A stretch of DNA of 54,891 nt from Spirochaetales bacterium (GTDB lineage Bacteria > Spirochaetota > GWE2-31-10), in the NCBI GenBank assembly GCA_050872545.1, contig JBNMHA010000003.1, positions 1 to 54,891 on the forward strand, in the 5' to 3' direction. Under the pieces are notes generated by a model. It was not told where the DNA came from and searched no databases. It was given only the letters and a program-made list of their open reading frames with translations. A program made the position numbers and the translations under genes. Positions within the stretch are counted from its first letter, which is position 1. Each line of letters opens with the position of its first letter. This document shows positions 9,306 through 17,105 of the stretch, in pieces.

Positions 9306-10440
9306 TTTCTTCTCCTTCACTATTATCTAATAATGGTTTTATTTGCGATTTAGAAATATGCAATATTTCAGATATCAAGTCATATGAAAATGGCTTTCCA
9401 ATTTCATTATATAAATACGAACATACTTGTTTCTGATAATTTTTTTTATCTTCATCTGGATTAGAAAAATTCTTATATAAAAAGAATTCTCTATATATTT
9501 TTTGTACTGAATACTGTTGATTATGTACTATAGCGTTTCTTATAGATTTTTTTATTATTTCTTCAATATTTGATCCACTTAGATTCTTAAAAGCATAAGA
9601 TAAATAATCCTTATCCTTATCTGAAATATTCAATGAATTATTTATAAATAAATCCAGCATACTTCTAATTGTCTTTTGGTCTGGCAAGGATACTTCCAAT
9701 TTATAATCAAATCTTCTCCATACTGCAGAATCTAACAACTGTGCATGATTAGTTGCAGCTATCAGAAGACTATCCTTACTCATAGTATCTATATTTTGTA
9801 ACAAGCTGTTTACAACTCTTTTTAATTCTCCAAGTTCATTATTATCATCACGAGCTTTTGCAAGAGCATCAAACTCATCCAGAAATAAAACACATGGAAT
9901 CCTCTGGGCATATTCAAACAATGTACGAATATTTTTTGCAGTTGTACCAAGATATGATGAAATCATACTGTCCAAACGAGCGGTTATTAGCGGTAAATTC
10001 AGTTCTTTGGCAATCCATTTTGCACATTCTGTTTTTCCGCAACCAGGTGGACCATATAACAATAAAGTATTTGAAACGCCAACTCCAAGCTGATTTAATT
10101 TATCAGCATTTTTATAATTTAAAATAAATGATTTTAAATTGCTCGTATTATTATCAGAAAGAATTACATTTGCTGCGTTATCTTTAGGAGAAATATAATC
10201 AGCCAAAGAAATTCTAGATTCATTATCAACAGGAATATTCCCTATAAACGAATCCAAACTATTTGGCTTTAACTCTTTCATCTCTTCATTTTTTAAAAGC
10301 TTAGAAAATTTTGAAGCGGCTCTTTCTTCTCCGTCAACGATAAGTTTATCTATTAACATTTTGGTATAATTTTTAACCTTTAACAAATCACCTTTAAGAG
10401 AACCTTCTACTATTTTTCCTATTTCAATTGAATAATTCAT
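9298..10440 (-). CDS. ietA: AAA+ ATPase, IetA-like partner of S8 protease
   Basis: GPPGCGKT, FLDEFD, ELGELKRVVNSLLQ, AATNH, AVWRRFD; C-terminal HTH-like FSYDLISEILHISKSQI. Start set to ATG 10440 (SD AAAGGT). Confidence 0.9.
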   Translation of the reverse strand: MNYSIEIGKIVEGSLKGDLLKVKNYTKMLIDKLIVDGEERAASKFSKLLKNEEMKELKPNSLDSFIGNIPVDNESRISLADYISPKDNAANVILSDNNTSNLKSFILNYKNADKLNQLGVGVSNTLLLYGPPGCGKTECAKWIAKELNLPLITARLDSMISSYLGTTAKNIRTLFEYAQRIPCVLFLDEFDALAKARDDNNELGELKRVVNSLLQNIDTMSKDSLLIAATNHAQLLDSAVWRRFDYKLEVSLPDQKTIRSMLDLFINNSLNISDKDKDYLSYAFKNLSGSNIEEIIKKSIRNAIVHNQQYSVQKIYREFFLYKNFSNPDEDKKNYQKQVCSYLYNEIGKPFSYDLISEILHISKSQIKPLLDNSEGEENE

Positions 10441-10538
10441 TTTCGTACCTTTACAAGCAATATAAACGAACAAATCGTTTTTGTAAAGAACAAAATATGT
10501 ATCTTCACGAACAATTCTAATATTTTTAAGAACTCTCA

Positions 10539-11669
10539 CTACTTCCTTGCAATCTGCGAAACGAGAAGTTGTTTTAGTTGTTCAAGTTTTTCAAGTTCTT
10601 TTTCGTTTAATAAAATCTGTGCAAATAATGGCGAAACTTTTTCATCAAAACTCCGCATATCTTTTTCACTTGGAATTTTCAATTTTATAGAAGCAAAAAG
10701 TGATTTGCTAACATTCAAAGTTGTACTTCCGCCAGCTCCAAGTCTTTTTAATTCTTCTGTCATGTTTTTTAGCGTTAAAAAAACATAGTAAAAAGAAACA
10801 TCAGATTTGCAAATAATAGAATTAATCTGCTGATTTGTCTGACTTTCTTTTGTTGTTAATGAAACAAGCCCCACTGTTGCAATACAACTAACGCAAATTG
10901 AATTTGCTGGTAAAGTTTGTTTTGCTTGAGATTTTTTTCCATAGTCGGACAAATATCTTTCTGTTGTATGTATAAAATTATTTCCATGCATATCTGGAAT
11001 TGTAATAAATGGGATTTCTTTTCCCCAATATTCTTTTACTGATGTTGATGGAGTTTTGCCGCAAATTACATTTTCAGATATTTCTTCTATCGTTTTTACT
11101 TCAAACAAATCTTTATCTTTCGTCATTTCCTCAAACAGACATTGCGCTGTCTCTTCCAGCTTATCATTTATCTTCTGTTTAATCTTGATGCGGTTTTCTA
11201 TTGCGTTGTAGGCATCTACGATTTTTTGTTGTTCTTCAAGTGAAGGAACTGGGAGTTTCATGTCGCAAAAATCTTCCCACGGCATACTTCCGCGCACCCC
11301 ACCAACAGCAATATAAGAAGCTTCGCGGTCAAACTCGGAACGCATAAACCACATTGATAAATAATCCGGAAGAATTTCCTCAGTATTTTTGATTCTGAAA
11401 ATATAATAAGCAGGAGACATAATTGCTTCATCGTAATCTTTAAGGCAAGCAATGGGAATTTTTCCATCACGGCTAACCTGCATAAGAGAACAAGCAAAAT
11501 CGAACTTTCTGATTACTTGATATTTTGACAAGTCTGTTCCTATTGTATTTGCAACAGATTTTATGAAACATTTATCAATACTAACGCCTATAAGAGTTTT
11601 TATTTTTCCATCTTTATTTCGCTCATCGATTAAATCAATCAATTCCCCAAGCTTTTTCAATTCACTCAT
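10539..11669 (-). CDS. hsdS: Type I R-M specificity subunit
   Basis: Two TRDs with conserved helices VPSLEEQQKIV...INDKLEETAQ and IPSE...LEQLKQLL; lies between hsdM and hsdR. Confidence 0.95.
   Translation of the reverse strand: MSELKKLGELIDLIDERNKDGKIKTLIGVSIDKCFIKSVANTIGTDLSKYQVIRKFDFACSLMQVSRDGKIPIACLKDYDEAIMSPAYYIFRIKNTEEILPDYLSMWFMRSEFDREASYIAVGGVRGSMPWEDFCDMKLPVPSLEEQQKIVDAYNAIENRIKIKQKINDKLEETAQCLFEEMTKDKDLFEVKTIEEISENVICGKTPSTSVKEYWGKEIPFITIPDMHGNNFIHTTERYLSDYGKKSQAKQTLPANSICVSCIATVGLVSLTTKESQTNQQINSIICKSDVSFYYVFLTLKNMTEELKRLGAGGSTTLNVSKSLFASIKLKIPSEKDMRSFDEKVSPLFAQILLNEKELEKLEQLKQLLVSQIARK
10551..10590 (-). repeat. Direct repeat copy 2 (inside hsdS 3' end)
   Basis: AATCTGCGAAACGAGAAGTTGTTTTAGTTGTTCAAGTTTT; matches 6948-6987 at 39/40. 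Confidence 0.93.
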
Positions 11670-11753
11670 CTATTTCTTCTCTCCAGCTTTTGCTTCTTTT
11701 TCCAAAGCCTCTATTGTTTCCAAATATGCCTTTTCAACTGGATTCATACTCAT
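11670..11753 (-). pseudogene. Mini-ORF (25-27 aa), possible C-terminal remnant of a RhuM-family gene
   Basis: MSMNPVEKAYLETIEALEKEAKAGEKK*; fills the hsdM-hsdS gap; AGGAG lies 6 nt before the second ATG (11747); TAG abuts the hsdS ATG. Confidence 0.5.
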
Positions 11754-11756
11754 CTC

Positions 11757-13322
11757 CTACAACTTAATCTCATAGCCCAAATTCTTGAACACATTGAGCA
11801 AGGCAACTTTGCTTTCTTCTTCCTGCTTGAGCAAGTCTGCAAGTTCTGTCTGTAAACTTTTCATTGTTGTGTCAAAATCTAGAGTTTCATCTCGGTTTAC
11901 AAATTCAATGTAGCGGCTTGGAACAAGGTTGTAGCCTTTTTCTGCGATTTCTTTTTTTGTTGCGCTGTAGCAGAATTCCGGAACATTTTTATAAGTTTTG
12001 TCTTTGCCTAACTGCTGCCAAGCATGAAAAGCTGAGGTTACTTTGTCGCGGTCATTTTGAGTAAGCTCGATGTATTTTTTTTCAAATGGGGAGCCCATCT
12101 GTCGCAAGTCCATAAAAAGAACTTCATCCTCACGGTTTCTGTAGCTCTTGATTTTTCCGTTCTGTTGAACCGTACGTGCTTTTTTATTTTTATTCAAAAT
12201 CCACAGCGTTACGGAAATATCTGTTGTATAGAAAAGATTTCTCGGAAGAATCACGATTGCCTCTACAAGATTGTTTTCTACAAGCCGCTTTCTGATTTCC
12301 AGCTCCTGCCCTTCGCCGCTTAACGCACCGTTGGCAAGCAAAAATCCTGCGACACCGTTCTGGCTCAATTTGCTTACCATGTGCAGAATCCAGCCGTAGT
12401 TTGCGTTGCTTGTTGGCGGAACAACATAACCGTTCCAGCGGGAATCGTCGGTAAGTTCATTTTCCGCACGCCAGTCTTTTTGATTGAACGGAGGATTTGC
12501 CATAATGTAGTCGGCGCGCAAATCTTTGTGCAAATCGTTTGTAAAAGTGTTGGCTGCCTTTTCGCCCAAATCACACGGAATTCCACGTATTGCAAGATTC
12601 ATCTTTGCCATTTTATATGTCGTTCCAGTTCCTTCCTGACCGTAAACAGAAATATCCTTTGCATTTCCGGCATGATTTTCCACAAATTTAAGCGACTGCA
12701 CAAACATTCCGCCCGAACCGCAGCAAGGGTCGTAGATTTTTCCTTTATACGGCTCAATCATTTCAGCAATCAGATTTACAACTGATTTTGGCGTATAGAA
12801 TTCGCCTTTTCCCTTTCCTTCCTGAAGCGCGAATTTTGTAAGAAAATATTCGTAGACGCGTCCCATGATGTCGTTTTCTTTGTCGGCGGTTGTCTGAATA
12901 TTGTTGATTTCGTCCAAAAGCGCCGCAAGTTTTGAAACATCAATTCCAAGGCGTGAATAATAGTTGTCCGGAAGTGCGCCTTTTAGCGAGGGATTCTGTT
13001 TTTCAATTGTGTTAAGCGCTGTGTCGATTTTTAACGCAATGTCCGGCTGCTTTGCATTTTCCATTATGAACGGCCAGCGGGATTCCTGCGGAACAAAAAA
13101 GACATTTTTCATGTCATAGAATTCCTGCAAGTCCAAATATTTTTCTTTGCCTTCCGCAATAAGTTCATTACGTCGGTCGCTGAATTTATCGTTTACGAAT
13201 TTCAGAAAAATTAGGCTAAGGACAACATGCTTATATTCTGCAGGCTCAACTGTTCCGCGCAATTTATCACAGGCACTCCAAAGCGCATCTTCAAAACTTA
13301 CAACTTTCTTTGCTTTTGCCAT
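11757..13322 (-). CDS. hsdM: Type I R-M N6-adenine methyltransferase M subunit
   Basis: LWSACDKLRG, GEFYTP, YDPCCGSGGMF, ANPPFN. Confidence 0.97.
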   Translation of the reverse strand: MAKAKKVVSFEDALWSACDKLRGTVEPAEYKHVVLSLIFLKFVNDKFSDRRNELIAEGKEKYLDLQEFYDMKNVFFVPQESRWPFIMENAKQPDIALKIDTALNTIEKQNPSLKGALPDNYYSRLGIDVSKLAALLDEINNIQTTADKENDIMGRVYEYFLTKFALQEGKGKGEFYTPKSVVNLIAEMIEPYKGKIYDPCCGSGGMFVQSLKFVENHAGNAKDISVYGQEGTGTTYKMAKMNLAIRGIPCDLGEKAANTFTNDLHKDLRADYIMANPPFNQKDWRAENELTDDSRWNGYVVPPTSNANYGWILHMVSKLSQNGVAGFLLANGALSGEGQELEIRKRLVENNLVEAIVILPRNLFYTTDISVTLWILNKNKKARTVQQNGKIKSYRNREDEVLFMDLRQMGSPFEKKYIELTQNDRDKVTSAFHAWQQLGKDKTYKNVPEFCYSATKKEIAEKGYNLVPSRYIEFVNRDETLDFDTTMKSLQTELADLLKQEEESKVALLNVFKNLGYEIKL

Positions 13323-13359
13323 TTTTTCTCCAGCTGACTTGATAAAACAAATTTCTTCT

Positions 13360-13368
13360 ATTATATCA
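13360..13368 (-). promoter_or_regulatory. Extended -10 promoter of hsdM
   Basis: TGaTATAAT on the minus strand ~38 nt upstream of the hsdM ATG. Confidence 0.5.
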
Positions 13369-13534
13369 TCGTTCGGGGAAAAATTTCTATGAAATATAGA
13401 AAGACAAAGTTTCGCTGCTTAGTCTAGTATTTCTGTTAATGCACAGAGGAAATTAGAAGTAGAACGGCTAAAAATAATACTTTCATTTTAAAACGCATAT
13501 ACATTTTTTTATATAAATGATATAAAAATAAATT

Positions 13535-14329
13535 ATGGATAAAATTATTTTTGTTGCAAATATTTCAAAGCCTGCGAGTGAAATTTTTAATTCTCTTTCT
13601 CAAAAACATGAGACGATGATGTTAGATTTTAACAAGGAAAATCTTGTAAAAAAGATTTCAGAAGAGAATCCGATTCTGATTATTGTCTATTCAAAAGAAC
13701 TTTCACGTGATGATGTTCAAGCTCTTCATTTGATGCTTTCCGATGACAAAACGAAAAAATTTCCGGTACTTTTTATTGGCAGTGAAAATGATTACAGAGA
13801 TTACATTACGCCTTGGGGCGGAAATATTGCCGGAATTGTCCTTACTCCTGCTGTTCTCTCAACTGTTATAGATAAAATCAGTTTAGTTCTTGAATCAATT
13901 CATCAGAAAAATGGAGATGTAAATCTTTCAATTCAAAAAGATGAACCGGAAAAAGACGAAAGACGGCACATTCTGATTGTTGATGATGATTCGGTAATGC
14001 TACGCACAATGGTGAATATTTTAAAGGACACTTACCGGACAACTGTAGCAAAATCCGGAACGGCGGCTATTTCGCTTTTGGGAACGCAAAAACCCGATTT
14101 GATTCTGCTTGATTATTTAATGCCGGTTTGCGACGGACTTCAGACACTGCAGATGATTCGTTCGGAAGAAACTACAAAAGATATTCCGGTATTCTTCTTG
14201 ACCGGAGTAAGCGATGCAGAATGTGTAAAAAACGCAATGGCATTAAAACCTGAAGGATACATTTTAAAAGCTGCAGAACCAAAAGAAGTCCTCAAAAGGA
14301 TTGGAGATTTCTTTGCTAAAGAGCAATAG
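13535..14329 (+). CDS. Response regulator (degenerate N-terminal receiver plus intact C-terminal receiver)
   Basis: ILIVDDD...LILLDYLMP...FLTG...YILK; no DNA-binding output domain. Confidence 0.9.
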   Translation: MDKIIFVANISKPASEIFNSLSQKHETMMLDFNKENLVKKISEENPILIIVYSKELSRDDVQALHLMLSDDKTKKFPVLFIGSENDYRDYITPWGGNIAGIVLTPAVLSTVIDKISLVLESIHQKNGDVNLSIQKDEPEKDERRHILIVDDDSVMLRTMVNILKDTYRTTVAKSGTAAISLLGTQKPDLILLDYLMPVCDGLQTLQMIRSEETTKDIPVFFLTGVSDAECVKNAMALKPEGYILKAAEPKEVLKRIGDFFAKEQ

Positions 14330-16745
14330 AAATAAAGATAAGTTTAAAATTTCCAAGAAAAGTGACTACAAAATTCAGAACCAGCAGGAAAAAGATGAAG
14401 TTGTTTTTCTTGCTGCACTGAACAACTGTTCTGTTTTAAACAGTGTTGCTCCGATTGTAGCTTTTTTAGAAACTGTAATTATAATTATCAGCAACATTTT
14501 GAAGAAAGAAGATTTTATGAAATGGCGTAATTTCTATAATGGTCTTTACTTTTCTTTAATTGTGGTTTCGATTCTTGTGTATTTTTTGAATCGCTTTTGT
14601 CGGAATGAACTTCGAGCAAAACAAAAAACTGTAATCGCAATTTCGCATTTTTATGTTGCATTTATAATTTTTTGGAACGTAATAATGTTGATTGTGGATT
14701 TTCACACTACAGCTTATCTTGATTTTGCACTTTATTTTACAAGCATTCTTGTTTCTGCGATTATTTTTAATCTTTCTCCGCTTGTTGTAATTCCGCTGAT
14801 GTTGGCTGCGACCGCAGTTATTATCACTGAAATTCTTTTTGTGCAGAAACTTGATCCGGAGATTTTCTACAAGCCAAATCTTTGTCTTTTTGCCCTGCTC
14901 GGCTATTTTTGCGTGATAATCCGGCAGATGAATCTGGTGCTTAGGGCAAAGCAAAATATCCGATTGCGCGAAGCAAAGCTTGAGGCAGAAAGTGCAAACC
15001 GCGCAAAATCGACTTTTCTTGCGACAATGAGCCACGAAATACGAACGCCGATGAACGCAATCGTTGGATTTTCGGAGATTGCGCTGAAAGACAAAGTTTC
15101 GCCACAAACCGCAGGTTACCTTGAAAGAATTAACCGGGCGGCACACACGCTTCTTGCAATCATAAATGACATTCTGGATTTTTCAAAAATTGAATCAGGA
15201 AAGCTGGAGATTGTTCCGGCAAATTACAATCTTCAGACTTTGATAGATGACCTTGAATCTATTGTGAAAGTTCGGATTTCTTCAAAATCGGTAAAGCTTT
15301 TCGTAAAAATTGAAGAAAATGTTCCGCGCTGGCTTTTTGGCGACGACATCCGCATAAAACAAGTTCTTTTGAATCTTGCAGGGAACGCCGCAAAATTCAC
15401 TGAGGACGGAGAAATCAGAATCAGCGTAAAACTGCACAAAAATTCAGAAAATCCGCAAAGCGTTGAAAAAAAAGATTTTTCCGAAGGCGAAAAAATTCTT
15501 CTGGTTTTTTCTGTTCAGGACACAGGAATTGGAATCAAGCCGGAAGATTTAAAGAAACTGTTCAACTCGTTTCAACAGGTTGATATGCTGCACAACCGCA
15601 AAAAAGAAGGAAGTGGGCTTGGTCTTGCAATTTCAAAGCAGCTTGTTTCATTGATGGGCGGAACTTTTAGCGTAAAAAGCGAGTATGGTAAAGGCAGCGA
15701 ATTTTCATTCACAATTCCGCAGGTTGTCGCAAAGGAAAAAACAAATAATATCGAAGAAAAAATTGATTTTACCGCGCCGAACGCAAAAGTTCTTGTCGTG
15801 GATGACAACGAGGTGAATATTCTGGTTGCACAGGGATTTTTAGCTCAGTACAAATGTGCGGTTGAAACTTGTACAAATGGAGCAGAGGCAGTTGAAAAGG
15901 CAAAAAATGGAAATTTCGACATAATTTTTATGGATCACATGATGCCTGTAATGGATGGTGAGGAAGCGACTTTGCTTATCCGCGAAGACGAAAAAAAATC
16001 GGGCAAAAAAAATTGCATTGTGGCGCTTACTGCGAATGCGGTGGACGGCGCACGGGAAAAATTCCTTGCGGCAGGTTTTGATGATTTTCTTTCAAAACCA
16101 ATTGAAGAGAACGAACTTTACCGCGTGATGAAAACGAGAATTCCGCACGAAAAATGCATTTTTTTAGAAAAAACAGAAAATCCGACACAAGAAAACAGCA
16201 AAAACAAAATTGACAAGAAAATCCTGAAAACTTTTTATTCACAGATTGAAAAAAAATCCGCAATGATTCTGGACTTTGAGCAAAAAGCTGAAAATTCCGA
16301 TGAAAATGCATTGAATTCCTATAAAATAGAAGTCCATGCTTTAAAAAGTTCAGCAAAGATTTGTGGCTTTGAAGATTTAAGTGTTTGTGCCGCAGAACTT
16401 GAAAAAGCCGCCAGCGAGAAAAATCTTGAAACCATAAAACAAAAAACACCTGCTTTATTAGAAAAATATTCAGAAGCAAAAAATTCCCTAAAAAATCAGC
16501 CTGAACTTTTTGAAGAACCAAAAGAAACCTTAAAAACCGTAACCGAACCAGAAATCCGCGCAATATTTAACGAAATAAAAAAATCAGCAAAAAACGGCGA
16601 CCTTGAAAAAGCCGAAAAACAATTTGCCTCACTAAATAAACTTGAATTGCCCCAAAATTTCGCGCCAAAGGTTGAAGAACTTTCCAACGCCTTGGAAGAA
16701 ATCGATTTTGAAAAAATAATTCAACTTCTTAACGAAGATAATTAA
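14301..16745 (+). CDS. Membrane hybrid sensor histidine kinase (HisKA-HATPase-REC-HPt)
   Basis: About 6 TM segments, MSHEIRTPMN, NLAGNAAKFT, DTGIGI, GSGLGL, FMDHMMP, HPt VHALKSSA. Start uncertain. Confidence 0.95.
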   Translation: MEISLLKSNRNKDKFKISKKSDYKIQNQQEKDEVVFLAALNNCSVLNSVAPIVAFLETVIIIISNILKKEDFMKWRNFYNGLYFSLIVVSILVYFLNRFCRNELRAKQKTVIAISHFYVAFIIFWNVIMLIVDFHTTAYLDFALYFTSILVSAIIFNLSPLVVIPLMLAATAVIITEILFVQKLDPEIFYKPNLCLFALLGYFCVIIRQMNLVLRAKQNIRLREAKLEAESANRAKSTFLATMSHEIRTPMNAIVGFSEIALKDKVSPQTAGYLERINRAAHTLLAIINDILDFSKIESGKLEIVPANYNLQTLIDDLESIVKVRISSKSVKLFVKIEENVPRWLFGDDIRIKQVLLNLAGNAAKFTEDGEIRISVKLHKNSENPQSVEKKDFSEGEKILLVFSVQDTGIGIKPEDLKKLFNSFQQVDMLHNRKKEGSGLGLAISKQLVSLMGGTFSVKSEYGKGSEFSFTIPQVVAKEKTNNIEEKIDFTAPNAKVLVVDDNEVNILVAQGFLAQYKCAVETCTNGAEAVEKAKNGNFDIIFMDHMMPVMDGEEATLLIREDEKKSGKKNCIVALTANAVDGAREKFLAAGFDDFLSKPIEENELYRVMKTRIPHEKCIFLEKTENPTQENSKNKIDKKILKTFYSQIEKKSAMILDFEQKAENSDENALNSYKIEVHALKSSAKICGFEDLSVCAAELEKAASEKNLETIKQKTPALLEKYSEAKNSLKNQPELFEEPKETLKTVTEPEIRAIFNEIKKSAKNGDLEKAEKQFASLNKLELPQNFAPKVEELSNALEEIDFEKIIQLLNEDN

Positions 16746-16814
16746 AAGTCTAATGGATAGTCATTAGTAGTTAATTACGTAAAATTTACTGAATTATGAA
16801 AAACTTGCTAAAAT

Positions 16815-16829
16815 TGATAATCATAATCT
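16815..16829 (+). promoter_or_regulatory. Fur-box-like 7-1-7 site
   Basis: TGATAAT-C-ATAATCT versus TGATAATnATTATCA, ~60 nt upstream of the metal-ATPase operon. Confidence 0.4.
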
Positions 16830-16889
16830 AGCCAATTTATTTTCATTAATAGTATAATCGCAACCACATTTTAAATAAGGAGTTTTACT

Positions 16890-17099
16890 ATGACAGATGA
16901 AACAAAAAAAATTCTTATCGGCGTTGCAATAGGTGCAGCCGCAGTTACAATCGTAAGAACTGATTCATTTCGTAAATGCTGCGCCAGAATCGTTGCCGGC
17001 GGACTTCAGCTGAAAGATGATGCAGCTGAATATCTTGAAACAATAAAAGAAGAAGCCGAAGATGTTAAGGCTGAAAAAAATGCACAGGCAAAGGCGTAA
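16890..17099 (+). CDS. Small protein of the type that accompanies P1B ATPases (DUF6110-like)
   Basis: SD AAGGAG; N-terminal hydrophobic GVAIGAAA helix plus charged helix; 6 nt upstream of the ATPase. Confidence 0.75.
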   Translation: MTDETKKILIGVAIGAAAVTIVRTDSFRKCCARIVAGGLQLKDDAAEYLETIKEEAEDVKAEKNAQAKA

Positions 17100-17105
17100 A
17101 AACTT

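Noticed and set aside
10467-10480. LexA (GAAC-N4-GTTC) box upstream of ietA
   Set aside because: Spacing and right half-site do not fit.
10539-11669. Invertible hsdS shufflon
   Set aside because: The repeats found are direct, not inverted; no recombinase or silent TRD is present.
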